Under the pieces are notes generated by a model that was not told where the DNA came from, searched no databases, and worked only from the letters and a program-made list of their open reading frames with translations. The position numbers and the translations under genes are program-made. A stretch of 64,000 bases of DNA from Eledone cirrhosa (Eukaryota), in contig OZ024746.1 of the NCBI GenBank assembly GCA_964016885.1, positions 4,836,001 to 4,900,000 on the forward strand, given 5' to 3'. How positions within the stretch are numbered: the stretch's first letter is position 1; each line of letters opens with the position of its first letter. Shown here piece by piece: positions 53,091 through 64,000 of this stretch.

Positions 53091-55268
53091 ATCATTTGTG
53101 GGTGTTTACCAAGTCGGTTGCCAGACGTCAGAGCTGTTGCCCCTTCACAAAGATAAATATTATTACATGGTTGGTGTCAAACTGTTTCACACCCGATGAA
53201 TTTGACTTCATTATGAAAACATCTCTTCAATGGTTATACAATGTAATGTGACATCTGATCATTGCTCTAAATGTTAAACTGACAAAATCAAAACACATGA
53301 GAATACATTTGTGAGTTTTATATGAAATAATAATTGTTTCTACTTTAGGCACAAGGCCAGCAATTATCCCAGTGTATTACTGGTACTTTATTTTATCGAC
53401 CCCATAAGGATGAAAGGCAAAGTGAACCTCGGTGGGATTTGAACTCAAACTATAAAGGGGTGTAACTCTTTGCTGCAAAGCATGGCGTCCGACCCTCTAC
53501 CAATACTATGATAATAATAATAATATTCGATTTGTTTGCAAACAAACAGCCTCATTATGTTATGTGTTTTAGATGACTATCACCATCCTTTAGTTCTAGC
53601 AGTGACAGAAACAATGTAATTTTGTTTTTCATATGAGAATAATTAACTGCTTTAGTCCTTTGGAAACTGCCTGAGAAAATACTTTATGTTCTAAGATACA
53701 AACTTGGTTATTTTAATGAGTTCATATTTATCTAAATTTTATGTCCAAATGTTTGTTAACCCTTTCATCACTACATTTCTAATGAAATACACTCTATTTC
53801 AATAAATGGTGAAGAATTTTGCTGGATTTACTAACATTGTTGTTTCATTACTAAGATAGGAACTTCATGTATGACTCTTATATAAAATTATGTTGGAAGA
53901 CTTTAATTTAAATTGGAAACCTTTAAAATGTGTGGTTTTCTTTCAGTGAACTAGAGTTGGGCTGGTATCAGAAGGGTTCAGTTATGCTCCAAACACTAGC
54001 TTAAGAAGAAGAAAGGTTGTTGTATTACAAAATCCCTCCAAATTCTTGATTATTTTCAGAATCACTAAGTGTCTTTCATTAGATACACGATGAAGAAACA
54101 GTTAAGTTAATTAAATAACATGTTGTCTAATTACTTTATATTTAATCAGTAATATCAGTGGCCAGAACAGGCAGCAAATGGAATTAGCTGAAACACAGTT
54201 TAGATTTAATATACGCCTGATAGCTCTAAATTATATGTATTAATCATTACACTTTGTTGTTTATGAGATCTTTCATTTTAATTTCTTATCTTTTGTGTGT
54301 GTGTGTGTGTGTGCGCGCGCGTGATCATTTGTTTGACTGGGCTCTTCTTGTTAAACTAGGATTGTCTGAGCAATAACATGACACATTCAAATAGTGTCTG
54401 GACTATTTGAGAATTTTTTCTTTCCTATTTGTTTGTTGCTGTCATTGTTTACATGGAAATTTTGATTTCCATTCCTTGTTATGATGACTAGTTTTTGTTT
54501 GTTTGTTTTTATCATGGCTGAAAACAGTTGGTCATTTCTAAAAACAAAACCCAAAACACAACAAACAGTCTCTCATTTCAAGTAGATAAAACTGAGTTAA
54601 GTTTTTGATAACATTTAATCCTTTTATGGCCACATTTCTAATGAAATACACTGTATTTTAATTAATTAATGAAGAATTTTGAGGGATTTATTAAAATTGG
54701 AAACCTTTAAAATGGGTGACTTTATTTCATAGAACCAGAACTGGTTTTGGCCAGGTTGGTAACTGAAGGGTTAAAGTGCTAATAATGGTCACACTGTCGA
54801 AAGGGGGTGGTAAAAGTGTGTGTGAAAGAGATAACGGTGGTGGTCACAGCAGCAAATGCCTAAATATTTTAATGTTTTAATTTCACATTATTCAGGAAAA
54901 GGGATAGGGAATAAGAGTGTATAAAAGACAGAAAGAGAAATAAAAGAGGAATAGTTTTTTATTGTTTAAACAATTTCTGTGAAGTGGTGGGCTTCAGGAT
55001 AGGCATCCGGCCATAGAAACCATGTGAAACATGGAACATAGGAGCCAGACGTTTTCTGACCAGTCTAGTCTCAGACAATGACAAACTGTCTGACCCATGC
55101 CAGCATGGAAAACAGACATCAAATGAGGATGATTACTAAATAGGATATTTATATTTTGAAGGTTAACTCAACAGTTAGCCATGCAAATAAACATCACAAC
55201 TGCTATCTACATGCCACCCAAATCTTTAGCAGCCATACAGCTATGAGCCAACAGAGCCGTCTCTACAC

Positions 55269-55433
55269 CAGTCATGGGTGAACTGCAGCTTACAGGCCAC
55301 ATATGGCTTCTTTGGCTTTCTGAATGACACACCTAATTTCAAGACTGCCTTGAATTTTTTAGTAGTGTGGCCTGCCTTATGATGAACCACATCTTATGTG
55401 GCCCACTGCTAAATAAAAGGTTGCTCATGTCTG
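55269..55433. mobile_element. hAT (Charlie-like) MITE with 8-bp TSD
   Basis: CTCTACAC|CAGTCATGGGTGAAC ... GGTTGCTCATGTCTG|CTCTACAC; related half-element at ~13733-13810. Confidence 0.85.
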
Positions 55434-55747
55434 CTCTACACAATCATCCTCCCTGCTAAAAATAATAGCAAAATATACCACCTTAATAAAAGGGAAGAAC
55501 ATATTGGATAATGTGATCCTAAATGCACTATGCCTGCCTACCAGATGGGATGATCAGGGTTAGAATGCCATCATGTTGCAACAAAATATCAAAATACTTT
55601 CCTACAGCAGTCACAACAAATTCATTAAAAGGTAATTAGCTTTAAAATTATTATTTTTTTGTTTTTTCGTTATTTATATTACTACATAGTAATTAGATTT
55701 TTACAAAATAATGTAGATTTTAAGAATATATAATTATAGTTTCTTGA

Positions 55748-58097
55748 ATGTGGCCTTATTACGTCACAAGTAACTTAATATGGCCTTATTGCGTCACAAG
55801 TAACTTAATGTGGCCTTATTACGTCACAAGTAACTTAATGTGGCCTTATTATGTCACAAGTAACTTAATGTGGCCTTATTGCGTCACAAGTAACTTAATG
55901 TGGCCTTATTGCGTCACAAGTAACTTAATGTGGCCTTATTATGTCACAAGTAACTTAATGTGGCCGTATTACGTCACAAGTAACTTAATGTGGCCGTATT
56001 ACGTCACAAGTAACTTAATGTGGCCGTATTACGCCACAAGTAACTTAATGTGGCCGTATTACGTCACAAGTAACTTAATGTGGCCGTATTACGTCACAAG
56101 TAACTTAATGTGGCCTTATTGCGTCACAAGTAACTTAATGTGGCCTTATTATGTCACAAGTAACTTAATGTGACCTTATTACGTCACAAGTAACTTAATG
56201 TGGCCTTATTATGTCACAAGTAACTTAATGTGGCCGTATTACGCCACAAGTAACTTAATGTGGCCGTATTACGTCACAAGTAACTTAATGTGGCCGTATT
56301 ACGCCACAAGTAACTTAATGTGGCCGTATTACGTCACAAGTAACTTAATGTGGCCGTATTACGTCACAAGTAACTTAATGTGGCCTTATTGCGTCACAAG
56401 TAACTTAATGTGGCCTTATTGCGTCACAAGTAACTTAATGTGGCCTTATTGTGTCACAAGTAACTTAATGTGGTCTTATTATGTCACAAGTAACTTAATG
56501 TGGCCTTATTGCGTCACAAGTAACTTAATATGGCCTTATTATGTCACAAGTAACTTAATGTGACCTTATTACGTCACAAGTAACTTAATGTGGCCTTATT
56601 ACGTCACAAGTAACTTAATGTGGCCTTATTATGTCACAAGTAACTTAATGTGGCCGTATTACGTCACAAGTAACTTAATGTGGCCGTATTACGTCACAAG
56701 TAACTTAATGTGGCCGCATTACGTCACAAGTAACTTAATGTGGCCTTATTGCGTCACAAGTAACTTAAAGTGGCCTTATTACGTCACAAGTAACTTAATG
56801 TGGCCTTATTATGTCACAAGTAACTTAATGTGGTCTTATTATGTCACAAGTAACTTAATGTGGCCGTATTACGTCACAAGTAACTTAATGTGGCCGTATT
56901 ACGTCACAAGTAACTTAATGTGACCTTATTACGTCACAAGTAACTTAATGTGGCCTTATTACGTCACACGTAACTTAATGTGGCCTTATTATGTCACAAG
57001 TAACTTAATGTGGTCTTATTATGTCACAAGTAACTTAATGTGGCCGTATTACGTCACAAGTAACTTAATGTGGCCTTATTGCGTCACAAGTAACTTAAAG
57101 TGGCCTTATTATGTCACAAGTAACTTAATGTGGCCTTATTATGTCACAAGTAACTTAATGTGGCCTTATTGCGTCACAAGTAACTTAAAGTGGCCTTATT
57201 ATGTCACAAGTAACTTAATGTGGCCTTATTACGTCACAAGTAACTTAATGTGGCCTTATTGCGTCACAAGTAACTTAAAGTGGTCTTATTATGTCACAAG
57301 TAACTTAATGTAGCCTTATTATGTCACAAGTAACTTAATGTGGCCTTATTGCGTCACAAGTAACTTAAAGTGGCCTTATTATGTCACAAGTAACTTAAAG
57401 TGGCCTTATTATGTCACAAGTAACTTAATGTGGCCTTATTGCGTCACAAGTAACTTAAAGTGGCCTTATTATGTCACAAGTAACTTAATGTGGCCTTATT
57501 ACGTCACAAGTAACTTAATGTGGCCTTATTGCGTCACAAGTAACTTAAAGTGGTCTTATTATGTCACAAGTAACTTAATGTGGCCTTATTGCGTCACAAG
57601 TAACTTAAAGTGGCCTTATTATGTCACAAGTAACTTAATGTGGCCTTATTACGTCACAAGTAACTTAAAGTGGCCTTATTATGTCACAAGTAACTTAATG
57701 TGGCCTTATTGCGTCACAAGTAACTTAAAGTGGTCTTATTATGTCATAAGTAACTTAATGTGGCCTTATTGCGTCACAAGTAACTTAAAGTGGCCTTATT
57801 ATGTCACAAGTAACTTAATGTGGCCTTATTGCGTCACAAGTAACTTAAAGTGGCCTTATTATGTCACAAGTAACTTAAAGTGGTCTTATTATGTCACAAG
57901 TAACTTAAAGTGGCCTTATTATGTCACAAGTAACTTAATGTGGCCTTATTATGTCACAAGTAACTTAAAGTGGCCTTATTATGTCACAAGTAACTTAAAG
58001 TGGCCTTATTATGTCACAAGTAACTTAATGTGGCCTTATTACGTCACAAGTTACTTAATGTGGCCTTATTACGTCACAAGTTACTTAATGTGGCCTT
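55748..58097. repeat. 30-bp minisatellite, ~78 copies
   Basis: Unit ATGTGGCC(T/G)TATT(A/G)(C/T)GTCACAAGTAACTTA; the (MWPYYVTSNL)n ORFs are a by-product of the repeat. Confidence 0.98.
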
Positions 58098-59094
58098 TGA
58101 ACACTATACTCTTGTGTAATCTAATACAGCAACACCCCAGAACTACTAATTATTCATCTCTTATATTTCCTAGATTAGTTCACTTAGAGAATCAATAATA
58201 CATTAAATATTCTTTAGAATATTAACCTGCCATGTTTGTTTATGTAATTAAGGTAACAACTAATCTCTAGTAATTATTCTATTTTTGTAAGAAGATAGCA
58301 AAGCTTGTAAAATATATTCCCAAGTATTAACATCAAATGGAAGTCCTATTGTAAGAGTAGCTAAATTACAATATATCCTTACATCTATTTTTGATGTCTC
58401 ACTTCACTTTCAACGTATTAACGCGACTGGCTGTCTTTATTCTTTATAGAGTAGCCATGTTGATTCTCAATATAGAATTTCATAGTTATCTCATCAACTG
58501 AATTACTAATATTGTTTCTATTATTGTTATTATTCAGCTTTGCTAATATTTCAACTATTGTTAGGTGTTTTAAATCTAATGTTAGAACAATTCAACAATC
58601 ATTACTTTCATTTTGTTTTGTTTTTGAGGGTTTTTGTCATTTTTTAAAATGTTTTGTAGAGGTGATATGATTATGTGTTCTTCAAAGTCATAAATAAATA
58701 ACCCAATGCCCTTCATTGAAGAGTTTATTACCAAATATGGTAGTGGCTTTACATCCAATTTTCTATGTTTGCATGATGTGTTAGACAGCTCCTCTCCAAG
58801 ACAGAATATTGCCATTTATTGCATTCTGTAGTCATCTTGAGATCAGTTTACCTTGGCATTTCTTTACTCAACTGACAACATCCATATAATGTAGACACAA
58901 CTCATGTCATTACCAGCTTTTAAAAAGATGGAAATTGGCAGTTAATGTAATGGATAAATGCATACATCCAGCATACAAAAGATATGTGGTCTGATTCTCG
59001 CAGGCATCTCTGTCCACATCTTTACCCAACATATTCAACTATTATAATTAGCTGTGGCCAACATAATTTCAAATTTCCCCAATGCTTCAAAGTT

Positions 59095-59520
59095 CTTTAG
59101 GCCATTACAGAAGAGTTTAAAACATGCTGCCTGTAAGAGATTCTCTATGCAGATGATTTGGTCCTTATAGCTGAAACCAAAAACGAGCTAGAAAATAAAT
59201 TCCAATTATGGAAACTGAATTTGGAAATAAAGGGCCTAAAAGTAAGCTTAGCTAAAACTAAAGTGTTAGTGAGTAGGAGGCAATACAGGACCCAGATTCC
59301 CTCGGGGATGTGGTCATGCTCAATATGCAGAAAAGGAATAGGCATAAACTCCATACAATGTACACAATGTAAATCTTGAGTACACAAAAGATGTAGTGGG
59401 ATAATGAGTAGAAGATGCACAGGAGTAATAGAGAGGAAGAGTGCCAATGAAATAAACCTTTTCCAGCCACGGGAAGGATCCATAGACGTGGTTGATAGGT
59501 GCTGTGTGCAGATGACCTGC
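59095..59520 (+). mobile_element. Degenerate RTE LINE RT fragment
   Basis: LYADDLVLIAE..LENKFQLWK..KGLKVSLAKTKVL..CSICRKG, homologous to the 29878 ORF. Confidence 0.9.
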
Positions 59521-59549
59521 AAAGATTGGAAAAAAATGATGCTTCAACG

Positions 59550-61410
59550 TAAAATGGTTGTGTAGGTGTCACAACAAAAGTACCCAGCCCACACTGTAAA
59601 GTGGTCATGTAGGTGTCACGCAAAAGTACCCAGCCCACACTGTAAAGTGGTCATGTAGGTGTCACGACAAAAAGTACCCAGCCCCCACTGTAAAGTGGTC
59701 ATGTAGGTGTCACGCAAAAGTACCCAGCCCACACTGTAAAGTGGTCATGTAGGTGTCACAACAAAAAGTACCCAGCCCACACTGTAAAGTGGTCATGTAG
59801 GTGTCACGACAAAAAGTACCCAGCCCCCACTGTAAAGTGGTCATGTAGGTGTCACAACAAAAGTACCCAGCCCACACTGTAAAGTGGTCATGTAGGTGTC
59901 ACAACAAAAGTACCCAGCCCACACTGTAAAGTGGTCATGTAGGTGTCACAACAAAAAGTACCCAGCCCACACTGTAAAGTGGTCATGTAGGTGTCACAAC
60001 AAAAAGTACCCAGCCCCCACTGTAAAGTGGTCATGTAGGTGTCACAACAAAAGTACCCAGCCCACACTGTAAAGTGGTCATGTAGGTGTCACAACAAAAA
60101 GTACCCAGCCCCCACTGTAAAGTGGTCATGTAGGTGTCACAACAAAAAGTACCCAGCCCCCACTGTAAAGTGGTCATGTAGGTGTCACAACAAAAAGTAC
60201 CCAGTCCACACTGTAAAGTGGTCATGTAGGTGTCACAACAAAAAGTACCCAGCCCACACTGTAAAGTGGTCATGTAGGTGTCACAACAAAAAGTACCCAG
60301 CCCACACTGTAAAGTGGTCATGTAGGTGTCACGACAAAAAGTACCCAGCCCACACTGTAAAGTGGTCATGTAGGTGTCACGACAAAAAGTACCCAGCCCA
60401 CACTGTAAAGTGGTCATGTAGGTGTCACGCAAAAGTACCCAGCCCACACTGTAAAGTGGTCATGTAGGTGTCACGACAAAAAGTACCCAGCCCACACTGT
60501 AAAGTGGTCATGTAGGTGTCACAACAAAAAGTACCCAGCCCACACTGTAAAGTGGTCATGTAGGTGTCACAACAAAAGTACCCAGCCCACACTGTAAAGT
60601 GGTCATGTAGGTGTCACAACAAAAGTACCCAGCCCACACTGTAAAGTGGTCATGTAGGTGTCACGCAAAAGTACCCAGCCCACACTGTAAAGTGGTCATG
60701 TAGGTGTCACGACAAAAAGTACCCAGCCCACACTGTAAAGTGGTCATGTAGGTGTCACAACAAAAAGTACCCAGCCCACACTGTAAAGTGGTCATGTAGG
60801 TGTCACAACAAAAGTACCCAGCCCACACTGTAAAGTGGTCATGTAGGTGTCACAACAAAAGTACCCAGCCCACACTGTAAAGTGGTCATGTAGGTGTCAC
60901 GCAAACGTACCCAGCCCACACTGTAAAGTGGTCATGTAGGTGTCACGCAAAAGTACCCAGCCCACACTGTAAAGTGGTCATGTAGGTGTCACGCAAAAGT
61001 ACCCAGCCCACACTGTAAAGTGGTCATGTAGGTGTCACGACAAAAGTACCCAGCCCACACTGTAAAGTGGTCATGTAGGTGTCACGACAAAAAGTACCCA
61101 GTCCACACTGTAAAGTGGTCATGTAGGTGTCACGACAAAAAGTACCCAGCCCACACTGTAAAGTGGTCATGTAGGTGTCACGACAAAAAGTACCCAGCCC
61201 ACACTGTAAAGTGGTCATGTAGGTGTCACGACAAAAAGTACCCAGCCCACACTGTAAAGTGGTCATGTAGGTGTCACGACAAAAAGTACCCAGCCCACAC
61301 TGTAAAGTGGTCATGTAGGTGTCACGACAAAAGTACCCAGCCCACACTGTAAAGTGGTCATGTAGGTGTCACGACAAAAGTACCCAGCCCACACTGTAAA
61401 ATGGTCATGT
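59550..61410 (+). repeat. 45-48-bp minisatellite (~39 copies) derived from the internal repeat of the RTE-tailed SINE
   Basis: Unit GTACCCAGCCCACACTGTAAAGTGGTCATGTAGGTGTCAC(G/A)ACAAAAA matches the SINE repeat GCACCCAGC.C.CACTGTAAAGTGG.CGTGTAGGCGCCAC at 357-420 and 29606-29660. Confidence 0.95.
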
Positions 61411-63637
61411 TAGGTCTCGCAACAAAAGGTTACAGTTGATAATACCCACTAAATGCTACTTGTGCATGCCTAACGTGCAAGATACCAAACTGTAACCTGG
61501 ACATTCAGCTCAGGATTTTGTCTGGTCCAAACTAACAGAGATGTCAGTAACACTTTGAGTGACAATTACAGTACAGGGTGCTGATCAAATATATCTCAAA
61601 AAAAAACTTCTCATTATTTTACAAATACAAATGCATACCATAAGACTTAATCCTTTAGCATTTAAACCAGCCATATCCGGCCAGAATTGTCTCACCTCTT
61701 TCTTTTCAAACCAGCTGTAACTGGCCACTCATACTGATGTTAAGGTATTGTTCTCAAAATAAATAATATCAAAATCTCATAGATTCGATTTTATGTGAGA
61801 TATGATGTAAGATAAAGTTTTACCACAAAAATACAACAGTATATATAAAGTAATGTAAATGCTAAAGGGTTAACAAACTGTGATAGAAACATCTCCAAAT
61901 AGTATTGAAACTGTAACTGTTGGTTATTCACTTGGAAATTATGATCTCAAATTTTATAAATTGAAATTTATAAAACTTAAATTACTGCAGCTTTTCCAAT
62001 AATTGCTGTGGGCATTTGTCTGACATTATGACTCTCAGAACTTAAAAACTCTACTATTTACGTCATAGTTATTAGGTATCTACCATGTTGAATTTTTGAT
62101 CATTTTTTAGGCTCATAATTTTAAAATCCAAGGAGAACTTTTAATTCCAAGTAATCATAATTAATTAATTAATTCTTGATTACGTCATTCTACATCAAAT
62201 AGCTAGGCAAGCACATTATCAATATTTATAATTAACATAATTAATTGCTTAAGAGTATTTTGATTAACATTACATTGTGAAAAATATACAGATGTTGTTG
62301 TAAGTAAGGTTTCTCAGATTTACAATGCAATAAAAAACACCCAGTCCACCCTGTTAGGTGGCAGTACCAGAGTCATGATAAAATGCTAGTGGTACATACT
62401 GTAACATGGTTGAAATTAGGAATAGAATTGAACTGTAGAAACCAAGTAAAAAATGGAGTGTATGAGCAAGACATAATAACCTGACCAGTCCTGCTTCAGT
62501 ATGTGATAACATGTCTAACCCATGCTAGCATGGAAAATAGACGTTAAATGATGATGGCAGTGGTCCTCCATCACTTTTAAAGATGATCTCAACTGTAAGT
62601 CTGACTCGTTAAATTAACATATAAGTAGCTGAGTATTTTACTGACATGTGTACACTGAATGTCAGTCCAAAGACAAGTCTAGACCTTTGAATTACAGATA
62701 TAATCCATCTCATGAGCTTCCACAAAGCTCCCGTCTACCAAATTTCTCTCACAAGACACTTACCCAGTATGTCACACAATGGGATCAAATGCAGAAGCTC
62801 ATGATTACAAAGAAAACTCCTTAACCACTCAGCCATATCTGCATCCCCCACAATACATATACTCTCGGGTCTCAAATATCCCCCCCCCCCCCCAAATTAA
62901 ATTTTACTAATCAATCTCCAGTAAAATTTTATTTTAAGTGGTAGCATTCCTGTGACAATTTTCTCTATATTACTCTTATCAATAACCATTTCCTATATTT
63001 CACATCATCTCTGACTATATAGTACCCCACAACATATGCTATATCTGTTTATAATATCTAAATTGTTGGTACTTTTAGGTCCCAGTACTTCGGGTCTTGT
63101 TACCTAATTTTTTAATGATATTTTGTTTTTTTACTACTTTAACTAAGTATAATTTATACACTTCATTGAGAGGTCATATACAGGAGTTCAGATTCCTGTC
63201 TAGCAGAGATAATTTTCCTCTGGGGTTAGGATATGCTTATGAGAAACACAACCTTCAGCCTGAAGGATGCATGGTAGAATTTTGAGACTTATTTTAAGAA
63301 AAAAATAGCATCTTCGACACTGGGAAATACGGTAATATATTTTTTTCTATAAACTTTTCAATACCAAACCACTTGAATCCCCACTACTTTTACAATATTA
63401 AGCTGCTTATTTTAAAGTGTTTGTTCTTATTTAAAAACCTTTCATCATAATTTTATGTAAGAACCTTTGTTAATGATAAAATTAGTTATATTACTAAGTC
63501 TTTCCAAATTTTTTATTATTTTCAAAATGTTTTGAAAATTATAGGCAGTGCATTTATTCTGAAATATGTCAATGAAAGGATTAAATATATATTGGCTGCT
63601 GGACCTGCCTGGTACCATTTAAAATCACATTCTCTTT

Positions 63638-64000
63638 CATCATCATCATCATTACCATTTTACGTCCGTTCATCCACGTTAGCATGGGTTAGACAGGTTG
63701 TCCTGTTGTGGGCAGTGTCCAGTCGGCTGACCTTGTCTTGCTCATACGGGAACCGATTCTGGCTTGATTTCTACTGCTGGATGCCCTTCCTAACACCAAC
63801 CTCATTTACAGTGAGTGCTGGGTGCTTTTTTTTCCGTGGCGCCTACACGTCCACTTTACAGTGTGGACTGGGTGCTTTTTTGCCATGGCACCACCACGAC
63901 CACTTTGCAGTGGGAGGGGGTGGGGGCATATTGTCTATATGCTTCAGCTTCGGCTTGTACCCGTGGGGGGTCGGGTCTTCTGTATTATTGCATGACGCCA
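63638..64000 (-). mobile_element. RTE-tailed non-autonomous element (continues past the window end)
   Basis: Well-preserved reverse copy of the 318-598 family, with additional 5' sequence shared with 14050-14160 and 29505-29580. Confidence 0.85.

Noticed and set aside
55748-58198. (MWPYYVTSNL)n ORFs as a repetitive protein
   Set aside because: They result from a 30-bp unit length; in-frame TGA/TAG variants interrupt the frame, and there is no splice or codon-level constraint.
60031-61352. Cys-rich repeat ORFs on both strands
   Set aside because: They are runs of 48-bp satellite units, broken wherever the unit length changes.
43720-61410. Tandem arrays as CRISPR arrays
   Set aside because: Units are head-to-tail with no unique spacers, there are no cas genes, and the context is eukaryotic.

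Overview
AT-rich, repeat-dense animal genomic DNA. The SINE/RTE/MITE repertoire and TA microsatellites look like an octopod cephalopod (inference). No complete host gene is visible. The best host-gene signal is a minus-strand first coding exon at 35354-35309 (MELNFVILLNLATLW/G, signal-peptide-like, strong ATG context, GTAAGT donor) in a locally CpG-richer island, implying a large first intron running leftwards. Most listed ORFs are spurious or transposon-derived: RTE and CR1-type LINE fragments, pogo/Tigger and mariner remnants, a Helitron, hAT and piggyBac-like MITEs, Meta- and CORE-type SINEs, and several minisatellites, some clearly born from TE fragments. The least obvious items are: an intact minimal type I hammerhead ribozyme (31309-31363, minus) plus a degenerate one (about 41405-41450); a MITE-like element carrying a full tRNA-like cloverleaf, present as an inverted pair; a tRNA-Leu pseudogene with a TCG anticodon; a diverged ~100-bp element duplicated on either side of the first coding exon; and a 5'+3' bipartite RTE derivative with a possible decayed HDV-like ribozyme. 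All calls were made by eye; boundaries of degenerate repeats and copy numbers are approximate.
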